Origin: Phycisphaerae bacterium
GTDB lineage: Bacteria; Planctomycetota; Phycisphaerae; UBA1845
Direction of reading: 5' to 3'
DNA: 64,000 nucleotides
NCBI GenBank assembly: GCA_963666835.2
Contig: CAXXGO010000001.1
Location: 128,001-192,000, forward strand
Made by a program: the position numbers and the translations under genes. How positions within the stretch are numbered: position 1 is the stretch's first letter; each line of letters starts with the position of its first letter. This document shows, piece after piece, positions 29,306-37,361 of this stretch. The notes below the pieces were generated by a model, which worked only from the letters and a program-made list of their open reading frames with translations, ran no database searches and had not been told where the DNA came from.

Positions 29306-29324
29306 GTGATCGCCACACGGTCGC

Positions 29325-29339
29325 GGTGGACATATGTCA
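29325..29339 (+). repeat. Right sub-terminal inverted repeat GGTGGACATATGTCA
   Basis: Reverse complement of 27440-27454. Confidence 0.9.
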
Positions 29340-29469
29340 CTATCTTCGGCGTAAGCTGGATCCCGCGGCTCACGCCGTGGGCTAGGCAGAGCTGTCGCCC
29401 TGACGGGCTGGTTCCGCGAGCCACACGCGTGGCACATCTGCGTGCGGCTCGGACGATTACGGCCTTGAT

Positions 29470-29499
29470 GGCAGGTCTCGTGCCTCGACCGTGCCCTAC
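29470..29499 (+). repeat. Dispersed 30-bp REP-like repeat, family A
   Basis: GGCAGGTCTCGT[G/A]CCTCGACCGTGCCCTAC also at 48484, 48600 and 51321. Confidence 0.85.
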
Positions 29500-29629
29500 G
29501 AGTGGTGTCATCGGCTCCCCCATGTTCAGATTGTTCTACTCTGCACGAGCCTGACAGAAGCGTGGCATTAGAGAAACCCAATAGAACATGGGCCACCCGA
29601 TCGACGCCACCCGGCCGGATAGGCCGCGG

Positions 29630-32617
29630 CTATGACTGCGAGCCTGCATCCGATTCGTTGTCGAGGCGCTTTTTAACTTTCAACAGGCGCGATGTGTGGC
29701 TTTCATCGGAAGCGGATGCCGGCCCGCGTTCGGATGGGGTGCTTGTAGTCGGGCGATGTGTCTGCGGAATACTGTATCCCGATTGCCGCGCGGGCCGGTT
29801 GGCGCGGCAATCGGGGTTTACTTGTTCGTCGCGGCGTTGCGGCTGGTCCGTTGGCGGCTTGCCGGACTCACGCGTCTGGCTATGCGATTCGCGGAGGGCG
29901 GCGAGCGTTGCCACGCTTTTGGCGGCAACCTCTCTGGCGCCGAGTCCGTCCGTCCATCCGGTGAGTTTCTGGAAAAGCTCGGCGGGTGTGACCGCAAGGC
30001 GACGCACGGCCACATCCAACAAGAACAACCCCAATGCGAACTTAACCAGCAGTTCCCAGACGGAGCGACGAATCTGCACCGGACGGATGCTCGACCGCTC
30101 GAAGACCATGTCCGGGTACTGGGCACTGAGCACCCGACCGCCCGTCTTGCGAGCGAGGCCGGCGAGCGTTGTGTCATCATGCGTCATTGTCGCGTACTCC
30201 TTCGAGAAGCTGACGACAATGCCGGTCCTGAGCGTACCCGAGTGCCGCCGGCGTCCTTCTCCCTGCGAATAGGCCATGTTGACCAGGTACGTCCCCGGGA
30301 GGTCCGCTGAGAAATCCGCCTCCAACCGCCCGGACGCCGTACGCTCGAAGTGGAGCGGTTTCGACGAATAGTCCGGCTGAATCAGGCGGCCGGTCAGCTC
30401 CAGCGACGTTTGCAGTTCCCTCGGCAGGTACTCGGCCGATACAACCACGTGGCCGACCCCGTTTTTGACCGACGATTCGACTTCGAGGTCCGACGCATTC
30501 GACGACCTCCCGGCGTACCGGACGACCTGCGTCCAGAGCTTGCTGAAGCTCGGCCACGCCACCCACTGCGGCGCCCAATGATTCCACAGGCCGCTGGTGA
30601 AGGCCACCGCTCGGCCAAGGCCCTCCTGCCAATAGGCGAGAATCGGATCGGAGCCCTCGTCGGTGGGGCGGAACAACGGAACCGATGCCGCCGGCTTGGC
30701 AGAAGCCACGACGTGGCCGCGCAGCGCCGGAATGTCCGACTGCGAGAACCCCACCATAATCCGCTCGTTGTCGCTTTCATCGAGCCGTGGCGTGAACGGT
30801 CTCTCGTATAGTCCGGACGTACTGGCTAATACCGTCTCGTGAACGAAGATCTGCGGCAGCGGCTGTGCACTTCGGGCGGTGTACATTCTGCCCTGACTCA
30901 GCGTTGCAATCCGGGCAAGAAGTGCCCGATCGGCGTCCGGCCCAACGGCAATCGTCGAAACGGTGATGCCCGCATCACAGCACTTTCCGGCGAGCGCTTC
31001 GAAATCTCCGTGAACGGACTTACCGTCCGTGAGCACGATTACGTGCTTCAGGTTAGCGTCCAGAGGGAGCAGGGCGGCATATGCCTGCTCCAGTGCCGGG
31101 AACATGTTCGTCCCGCCGCCGCCGGCAATCGTGGAGATCATGCGCGCAATCGCAGTTCGATCGGCAGCGGTGCGAATCGGAACCACGCACTCCGGCATGC
31201 TGTCGAACGCGATCACACCAATGCGATCCAGCGGACCAAGCAGTTGAACGGCTCCCATCGCTGCCTGTCGGGCCATTGCCAGCTTCTCTCCGCTCATCGA
31301 TCCGGACCGGTCGATGACAATCACCATGGCCAGACTGAGCAGCTTGAGCTTGTCGCGATCGGTCTCGACCGGCAGGACTTCCTCGAGCGTAGTATGAGCG
31401 TAGCCACCGACGCTAAAGGACTGATCGCCGCCGATGACGACTAATCCACCGCCCTGATCGCGAACGAACGAGGCGATCATCTTCTGGAGGTTCTCCCCCA
31501 GCGCAAAGGCCGACACATTGCAGAGAATCAGCGTCGAGCAGTCCGCCAGAGATGCCGGATCGGCCGGCAGTCTATGGAGCGAGATCTGTTCGACCTCGAT
31601 GCCGCCCTTGCGCAGCGCCTCGGCCAGGACCCGCGCGCCCTCTCGATCGCTTTGAGACGAAGAACCCGCTACGATTAGCACGCGTTCCGCCTGTCCGACG
31701 ATCGTAAACGCGCTGCCCTGGTTGTTGATGGCCATGGTGTCCGCAAGCTTATCGTCCGGGCTGATGACCGCCGTGAATCGATGGACGCCGGAGGTCGGCA
31801 GTTGCACCGGAATGGCATATCGGTTTGCCCCGGCGTCAAGGTGGATTGGCAACGATGACGCTTCTGAAGACTCGTCCAGATCAACGAGTCGGTCGTTATG
31901 GTAGAGGCGCAGGTGAGCGGCCGTCGGGAGCTGCGAGCGTATGAACAGTTGAAGGTCAATGACCTCGTCGCGGTTGGCAGTTGCGGGCGCGGACAGCCGT
32001 TCCACAATGATTTCCGACTGATGTTCGTACTGGAGGGGCAGCACGTCGATTGGGATCCCAAGCGCCGCATAGGTTTGCGCGACCTCGGAGGAGACCGCGC
32101 GGTTTTCGTTGCCGTCGGAGATCAGAACCAGCCGCTTGGAAGTCTGCGCCGGGAAGAGCCCTAGACCGAGCTTTAACACGGAAGCGATGTTGGTTTCATG
32201 ACGCCGGGTAGCCGGGGGAAGCCGGTCGGTGGTGAGTCCCGACTTCGGAAGCTGCCACACGGATGGCCGTCCGGCGAATCCGACGCCCGCAACGAGGTCC
32301 TTGCCCGGCCGCATTGTCTTGGTGGCGGCGTTTATGAAACCCAAGGCCTCGTTTTCCAACCAACCGGGGATACTGCCGGATGTGTCGAGGGCGAAGACTA
32401 CTGTTTGGTCGTCGGTGGTACGGACCCATTGTGGGTCTGCCAGCGCGACAATAAGCACGACAACTACGAGGCACCGCAAACCAACGGCGAGCTTTCTCCT
32501 AACCGTTCCCAGAGCGGCGAGAGAGCGACGAGTGAGCAAGACAATGACCGGCAGAATCGCCACAAGAGCGAAGTAGCCGGGCTGTCCGAATTCGACAAAC
32601 ATTGGTAGCGGCGGCAT
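29630..32617 (-). CDS. Membrane-anchored double-vWA protein with GATase-like (DUF1355-type) domain
   Basis: N-terminal TMs; MIDAS DTSGS and DRSGS; LISDGNEN, LTDG; GGGLVVIGG..SF..GGY; C-terminal TM. Start reassigned to MPPLPMF. Confidence 0.85.
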   Translation of the reverse strand: MPPLPMFVEFGQPGYFALVAILPVIVLLTRRSLAALGTVRRKLAVGLRCLVVVVLIVALADPQWVRTTDDQTVVFALDTSGSIPGWLENEALGFINAATKTMRPGKDLVAGVGFAGRPSVWQLPKSGLTTDRLPPATRRHETNIASVLKLGLGLFPAQTSKRLVLISDGNENRAVSSEVAQTYAALGIPIDVLPLQYEHQSEIIVERLSAPATANRDEVIDLQLFIRSQLPTAAHLRLYHNDRLVDLDESSEASSLPIHLDAGANRYAIPVQLPTSGVHRFTAVISPDDKLADTMAINNQGSAFTIVGQAERVLIVAGSSSQSDREGARVLAEALRKGGIEVEQISLHRLPADPASLADCSTLILCNVSAFALGENLQKMIASFVRDQGGGLVVIGGDQSFSVGGYAHTTLEEVLPVETDRDKLKLLSLAMVIVIDRSGSMSGEKLAMARQAAMGAVQLLGPLDRIGVIAFDSMPECVVPIRTAADRTAIARMISTIAGGGGTNMFPALEQAYAALLPLDANLKHVIVLTDGKSVHGDFEALAGKCCDAGITVSTIAVGPDADRALLARIATLSQGRMYTARSAQPLPQIFVHETVLASTSGLYERPFTPRLDESDNERIMVGFSQSDIPALRGHVVASAKPAASVPLFRPTDEGSDPILAYWQEGLGRAVAFTSGLWNHWAPQWVAWPSFSKLWTQVVRYAGRSSNASDLEVESSVKNGVGHVVVSAEYLPRELQTSLELTGRLIQPDYSSKPLHFERTASGRLEADFSADLPGTYLVNMAYSQGEGRRRHSGTLRTGIVVSFSKEYATMTHDDTTLAGLARKTGGRVLSAQYPDMVFERSSIRPVQIRRSVWELLVKFALGLFLLDVAVRRLAVTPAELFQKLTGWTDGLGAREVAAKSVATLAALRESHSQTRESGKPPTDQPQRRDEQVNPDCRANRPARQSGYSIPQTHRPTTSTPSERGPASASDESHTSRLLKVKKRLDNESDAGSQS

Positions 32618-32673
32618 CGTTGATCTATTATAGGCGCCGGGGGTGTGCATTGGAACGGTCAATCTGCCGGGTG

Positions 32674-32714
32674 GCCGGGTGCCGGGTGCCATGCCCCACG
32701 CTTGCGTGGGCATG
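32674..32714 (+). repeat. REP-like palindrome, family B
   Basis: GCCGGGTGCCGGGTGCCATGCCCCACGCTTGCGTGGGCATG; related copies at ~33417 (reverse), 48402 and 48518. Confidence 0.75.
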
Positions 32715-32794
32715 TAGAGAGCCGATGGGTGGCCGACGCTGGCGCGGACGATAGCGCCCGCACATGGCACCTCTCGTGTGATGAGGTGAGACGC

Positions 32795-33292
32795 ATGGAA
32801 CCGAAGATACCAGACACAGCGGTTTGCCTCGGTTGCGGTTACTCCCTCAGAGGGCTGCCGGAGGAGCGATGCCCGGAATGTGGGCGTTCGTTCAGTTGGA
32901 ACGATGCGACCACATACCGCGTGCAAAAGGCTGCGTCGAGCCGATGCTGGTTTGATATCGCCATCCAGGGCTCGCTGATTCTGGCGACGGTTCTGCTGTG
33001 GTTTCGCGTGCTGACGACAACACGCCCAATCTCGGGGTATGGTGTCTACGGGCGTATCGTGTCACTTGCGGCGATTTGCTTCTCGATACTGAGTCTCCGC
33101 CGTCTTGGGTATGGACCCGCCTCGCGTCGCAACCGCGCGGCTGAAGTGTGCTTACTCCTGGTTCTCTACGCCATGTGGTTTGTTCTGTATTCGCCATGGC
33201 GCTTCCGGGATGCGTTTTCGTCTTGTTTCCCATCGTTGCAGTCAGCGTGGCCAGTCACGTTCTTCACCGATGGCGCTCCGACCGGTTGGTGA
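32795..33292 (+). CDS. Zinc-finger (CxxC..CPEC) membrane protein
   Basis: CLGCGYSLRGLPEERCPECG followed by three hydrophobic helices; RBS GAGGTG. Confidence 0.7.
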   Translation: MEPKIPDTAVCLGCGYSLRGLPEERCPECGRSFSWNDATTYRVQKAASSRCWFDIAIQGSLILATVLLWFRVLTTTRPISGYGVYGRIVSLAAICFSILSLRRLGYGPASRRNRAAEVCLLLVLYAMWFVLYSPWRFRDAFSSCFPSLQSAWPVTFFTDGAPTGW

Positions 33293-33460
33293 TAAGAGGT
33301 AGACCTGCCTCGCAGGCGGGTGGCGACCTTCAGGTCTTTCGGGTCGACACCCAGGACGATTGAGGGTCGTCGGACATTGGATGAAGTGTAACATGCGTGC
33401 GATTGCAGCGCCAGGTATGGCCAGGCAAGCGTGGGCCATGGCCCCCGGCAGGGTGCCGGG

Positions 33461-34228
33461 CTAACAAGGTGCGTCCCGCACAGGCTCGGTTTTGAAGGCT
33501 TCGTCTCGCTCCCGCATGCACCTATACCATTCCTCGTCACCATAGAGTTTATCTGCGCATTTGGGGCACACGCTATGACTGAACTCCGCTTCGGAGTGCT
33601 CCTTCATGTACACCTCAACCTGCTTCCAGAAACCGTCATCGTCTCGAATCTGCTTGCAGCTAGCACAGATGGGGATAATCCCCCGAAGAGTCTTGATCTC
33701 GTTGAGGGAGCGCTGTAACTCGCTGTTGGCGTTATCGAGGGCGACGTTCTGCTGGTGAAGCGCCAGGTCGCGTTCAATGAAGCCCTGCAACTTGGTCATA
33801 AGCTCCTCGTGCAGAGCCGAGTGATACGACTCGCGTTCGCTGAGTACACACAGCGTACCGAAAACCCCGCCGCCAGGAAGGGTGATCGGAAAGCCAAGGT
33901 ATGAGATCATGTTCAACTTGATGTCGGGATTCCGGCTCCACTCGCGGTCCTTGAGGGCGTTGGGTACGTGCAAGCGGCTCCGCGTGTTGATCACTCGTTC
34001 GCAGTACAAACCCGACCCGGGCAAGTGCTCGCGGTCGCCGGGGTGGTAGGGATTCCCCTCTGTCTGACTGGCGACCAGGACCTCGATTTCCTCATGATCG
34101 ATTCGCATTATCAAGCCGGCGGGGACGCCCAGGAGCTTCGCCATGATGTCGACGACCGATTGCCAACCCTTGATGAGCTGCTCATGCACTTCTACCACCG
34201 TATCTTGAGCGAATCCGATGTCCTCCAT
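33461..34228 (-). CDS. GAF-domain sensor with coiled coil and C-terminal Cys motif (IPICASCK...HSVCPKC)
   Basis: GLYCERVI, NPDIKLNMISYLGFPI, FGTLCVL; RBS GAGG. Confidence 0.85.
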   Translation of the reverse strand: MEDIGFAQDTVVEVHEQLIKGWQSVVDIMAKLLGVPAGLIMRIDHEEIEVLVASQTEGNPYHPGDREHLPGSGLYCERVINTRSRLHVPNALKDREWSRNPDIKLNMISYLGFPITLPGGGVFGTLCVLSERESYHSALHEELMTKLQGFIERDLALHQQNVALDNANSELQRSLNEIKTLRGIIPICASCKQIRDDDGFWKQVEVYMKEHSEAEFSHSVCPKCADKLYGDEEWYRCMRERDEAFKTEPVRDAPC

Positions 34229-34360
34229 AATGCACCTCCTTCGCGTAGACAATGCCTTATCGGCGGGATACGGGGATCAGCCCATTGTTTCTCGACTTGA
34301 CATTTGCCAGACACCAGGACCCAGAAGGCCATAATGTTGGCAGCTCCGTGCCGATCCGAG

Positions 34361-35734
34361 TCAGAGCGGCTCTTCTAACCCAAGCTCGTCAATCCTCTTA
34401 TAAAGCGTGGTGCGGCTGATCTTGAGGAGCTTGGCGGCCTTCGTAATGTTCCAACCGGTTGCCTGCAACGCCTGCGCCGTACGTTCTCTTACCAGGTGTG
34501 CGTTAGCCCTGTGACGCCGCTTTGGCAGAAGCGATCCGGCCGGCAACGTCTCTTGCGAAGTGCCTGAAACAACTTCGGCAGGAAGATGCGGCAAGCCAAT
34601 GAGCCCGCTTTGACATTTGACAAAGGCATACTCAATCGCGTTTTCCAGCTCCCGCACGTTGCCGGGCCAACTGTGGTCCACCAGTGCCGACAATGCCTCC
34701 TTATCGACACCTTCGATGGGGCGATTAGTCTCTTGCCGGAATCCCTGCATGAAGTGCTGGACCAACAACGGAATGTCGTCTCGGCGTTCTCGCAGAGCCG
34801 GCAACCGGATCGGGACCACCCGCAGGCGATAATACAAATCCTGCCGAAACGAGCCGGACCTCACCACGTCGGCCAGCGTGCGGTTCGTGGCGGAAACGAC
34901 TCGGAAATCAACGGGGATTGACTTGTCACTACCCACGCGCTCGATCGTGCGTTCTTGGAGCACGCGCAGTAACTTGACCTGGATCAAAGATGAAATGTCC
35001 CCGATCTCATCCAGGAAGATGGTACCGCCGGCCGCCGCTTCGAATCGCCCCTTCTTGTCCCGGACGGCGCCGGTGAAGGCGCCGCGAACGTGACCGAACA
35101 ACTCGCTCTCGAGAAGGCTCTCAGCCAATGCCGAGCAGTTGACCGCAACGAACGGGTTCTTGGATCGCGTACCGTGATAGTAGTGAATCGCTCGGGCAAC
35201 AAGCTCCTTTCCGGTTCCACTCTCCCCCTCGATCAGGACGGTGGCATCGGAATCGGCAACTTCCTCTACCAGGCCGAACACCTCCTGCATCTGTTTGCTC
35301 TTGCCGACGATGTTGTGCAACTTGTACTTGCGGCCCAGGTCGCGTTTGAGTGATACGATTTCCGTAACGTCCCGAAACGACACGAGCCCCCCAACCTCGC
35401 GATCCTGAGCATCTCGAAGAACAGATGTGCTTACGGCAAGCACTCGGCGTACGCCCGACACGAGGTTCATTTCGACCTCGTAATCCCGAATCGGCTCCCG
35501 TTTCAGAATAGACTCGAACAGGACGGACTCGGGGCCACAGAACCTCTCGCCCAGCACGCAAAGGCACCCCTTCATCAGGGCTTTGTCGCGGGTTACGCCC
35601 AAAGTGTCGCAAGCCACTCGGTTGATACCCGTAATGCGCCCTTGGTCATCCAGGGTGAGAATACCCTCGGACAGGCTGTCGAGAATCGATTGGACGTTGT
35701 GGGCGGCCGTGCCCAGTTCTTCGTTCGTATCCAT
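34361..35734 (-). CDS. PAS-AAA+-Fis sigma54-dependent activator
   Basis: GESGTGKE, GAFTGA, DEIGD, WPGNVREL, C-terminal HTH; PAS contains CLCVLGERFC. Confidence 0.93.
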   Translation of the reverse strand: MDTNEELGTAAHNVQSILDSLSEGILTLDDQGRITGINRVACDTLGVTRDKALMKGCLCVLGERFCGPESVLFESILKREPIRDYEVEMNLVSGVRRVLAVSTSVLRDAQDREVGGLVSFRDVTEIVSLKRDLGRKYKLHNIVGKSKQMQEVFGLVEEVADSDATVLIEGESGTGKELVARAIHYYHGTRSKNPFVAVNCSALAESLLESELFGHVRGAFTGAVRDKKGRFEAAAGGTIFLDEIGDISSLIQVKLLRVLQERTIERVGSDKSIPVDFRVVSATNRTLADVVRSGSFRQDLYYRLRVVPIRLPALRERRDDIPLLVQHFMQGFRQETNRPIEGVDKEALSALVDHSWPGNVRELENAIEYAFVKCQSGLIGLPHLPAEVVSGTSQETLPAGSLLPKRRHRANAHLVRERTAQALQATGWNITKAAKLLKISRTTLYKRIDELGLEEPL

Positions 35735-35883
35735 GGCGACTGTTCACCTACTCGACAGAATAGACATACTGAACAGTATTGTCCAATATAGCCGGACAAA
35801 CTGGACAGGTCAAGGCCAACGGTTGCGACCGCAACCTATTGTCAATCCAGTAGTTATGCGCCTTGGCCGCTGTGCGCCGGTTC

Positions 35884-35898
35884 TGGCACGGTGGTTGA
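35884..35898 (+). promoter_or_regulatory. Probable sigma54 promoter for trxA (variant -12 element)
   Basis: TGGCAC-GGTGG-TTGA; IHF-like AATCCAGTAGTTA at ~35844; TGTCC...GGACA palindromes at ~35780-35810. Confidence 0.55.
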
Positions 35899-35978
35899 CA
35901 TATACCCGGTGTGAGATTCGTAGACCACGCGCCGCCGAAGAGTGTTCGGTTTCGGCGCCATTACGAAGGAGAAGACCA

Positions 35979-36302
35979 ATGTCTAGCGCTACCGTCAAGC
36001 AACTTGATAACTCAGATTTTGCTGCGGCCGTGGAGAGCGGCGTCACCCTCGTGGATTTTTGGGCTCCATGGTGTGCTCCGTGCAAAGCGATGGGGCCGGT
36101 CCTCGAGCAAGTGGCGGATTCGCTCGATGGGCAAGTCACTATCGCGAAAGTCAACGTGGATGAGAGCCCGGAATTGGCCGCCGAGTTTCGGGTGCAGTCC
36201 ATTCCGCTGCTCGTTTTGCTCAAGGACGGGCAGGAGCTCGACCGCGCGGTCGGCATGCTCCCGCCGAACAAGCTCCTCAAGATGATTGAGAAGGGCCGCT
36301 GA
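35979..36302 (+). CDS. trxA: Thioredoxin
   Basis: LVDFWAPWCAPCK, KVNVDE, SIP; RBS AAGGAG. Confidence 0.93.
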   Translation: MSSATVKQLDNSDFAAAVESGVTLVDFWAPWCAPCKAMGPVLEQVADSLDGQVTIAKVNVDESPELAAEFRVQSIPLLVLLKDGQELDRAVGMLPPNKLLKMIEKGR

Positions 36303-36469
36303 CACCGCTTGCCCGCATGGGGCAGGGCGTAACGCATCAGGCCCAGACGTACCGACAGGTGTTTTGGATAAACAGGTGAGCCTCTTGAGCCAGTGAACGC
36401 GTGTTTCCACAGCGAAGAGGCAGGTTGGCTGCCCACTGAGGCAGCGACATACTCAACCGGAGAAACATT

Positions 36470-37090
36470 ATGAAACGTACACTACGCCGAGGAAGTTATG
36501 GGGTATTTATTTTGGTGTTTGCGGGGATACTCACGGGTTGCGCCACGGAACGATCTGCGCGTTTCGGGCTGATCAACGGGAATGACAAGCCCCGCCTGGT
36601 CAGCGAAAGCGAGATGCCCCGCGGGGGCTCCACGCTGGACTTCACGTTCACCGATAGTAGTGGGCACAAGCGGACGTTCTCAGAGGCGCGCGGTGTCGTT
36701 ACTGCCGTCGTCTTTCCGGAATCCTCATCCTGGCCCGAATGCACGCGATGTCAGAGGCTCGAAGAGCTTGCGAGCCGGGTCGCCAGATCGAGGACTCCGG
36801 TAACGGTCATGAGCATCGTCACTCCCCCGCAGCAATGTGAAGACGTTCGAGCCGAGTTTGCTGAATGCGGCATTAAGGGATACTCCCAGCTCTTGGCGCT
36901 GTGTGACGATGAAACACGAATCCGCGAACTGTTCGGGACGGACGTTATCGGGAAGTTCTTTGTTTTCGATTCCTACAGCGACATCGTTGCCAGCGGCAAA
37001 CTGACTGAGATAGACGAACTCGAGCGGGCGATTCGCAAGGCCGTGGAGCCCCATGAGGAATACGTGTGGAGCGAGGAGGTGCGCGACTGA
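36470..37090 (+). CDS. Lipoprotein with redoxin/thioredoxin-like fold
   Basis: Lipobox LTGC; DFTFTDSSG; WPECTRC; RBS GGAG. Confidence 0.65.
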   Translation: MKRTLRRGSYGVFILVFAGILTGCATERSARFGLINGNDKPRLVSESEMPRGGSTLDFTFTDSSGHKRTFSEARGVVTAVVFPESSSWPECTRCQRLEELASRVARSRTPVTVMSIVTPPQQCEDVRAEFAECGIKGYSQLLALCDDETRIRELFGTDVIGKFFVFDSYSDIVASGKLTEIDELERAIRKAVEPHEEYVWSEEVRD

Positions 37091-37270
37091 TTCCGGCGCG
37101 GCTTCGACAGGCCGTGGCTGGGCCGCCGGCGAAGTTTGCCTTGGCGGGCAGGTGACTGCCATACTGGTCAGTCATCTGCCCGCTCGTGTGGTATGCGTTC
37201 CATTATGGCATTCTCAAGGCCTGCGATTCTTGCGCTTATGTCAGATCAACCACCGTCCATCGTTAGGGCT

Positions 37271-37279
37271 TGATATAAT
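37271..37279 (+). promoter_or_regulatory. Extended -10 sigma70 promoter upstream of the octaheme gene
   Basis: TGATATAAT (TGn-TATAAT) ~80 bp before ATG 37362. Confidence 0.45.
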
Positions 37280-37361
37280 ACGTACAAGTATAGTCGTTCG
37301 TTGTGGAGACCGCGAACGAGGGCCAATCACAGCGTTCTCTTTTCGCAAAGTAGGTGCAATC

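Larger units (their letters stand above)
27433..29345 (+). mobile_element. Putative novel IS-like element encoding two DUF1670 paralogs
   Basis: 15-bp perfect sub-terminal IRs (27440-27454, 29325-29339); CT at both junctions (27431-32, 29344-45); removal restores the hairpin ACGCCTTCGGCGT. Confidence 0.8.

Noticed and set aside
29325..29345. Strong sigma70 promoter formed at the circle junction (TGGACA ... TACCTT)
   Set aside because: Spacing is only 12 nt, not ~17, so it cannot be supported.
32618..32926. 103-aa N-terminal extension of the vWA protein
   Set aside because: It runs through a REP palindrome and overlaps the opposite-strand zinc-finger gene.
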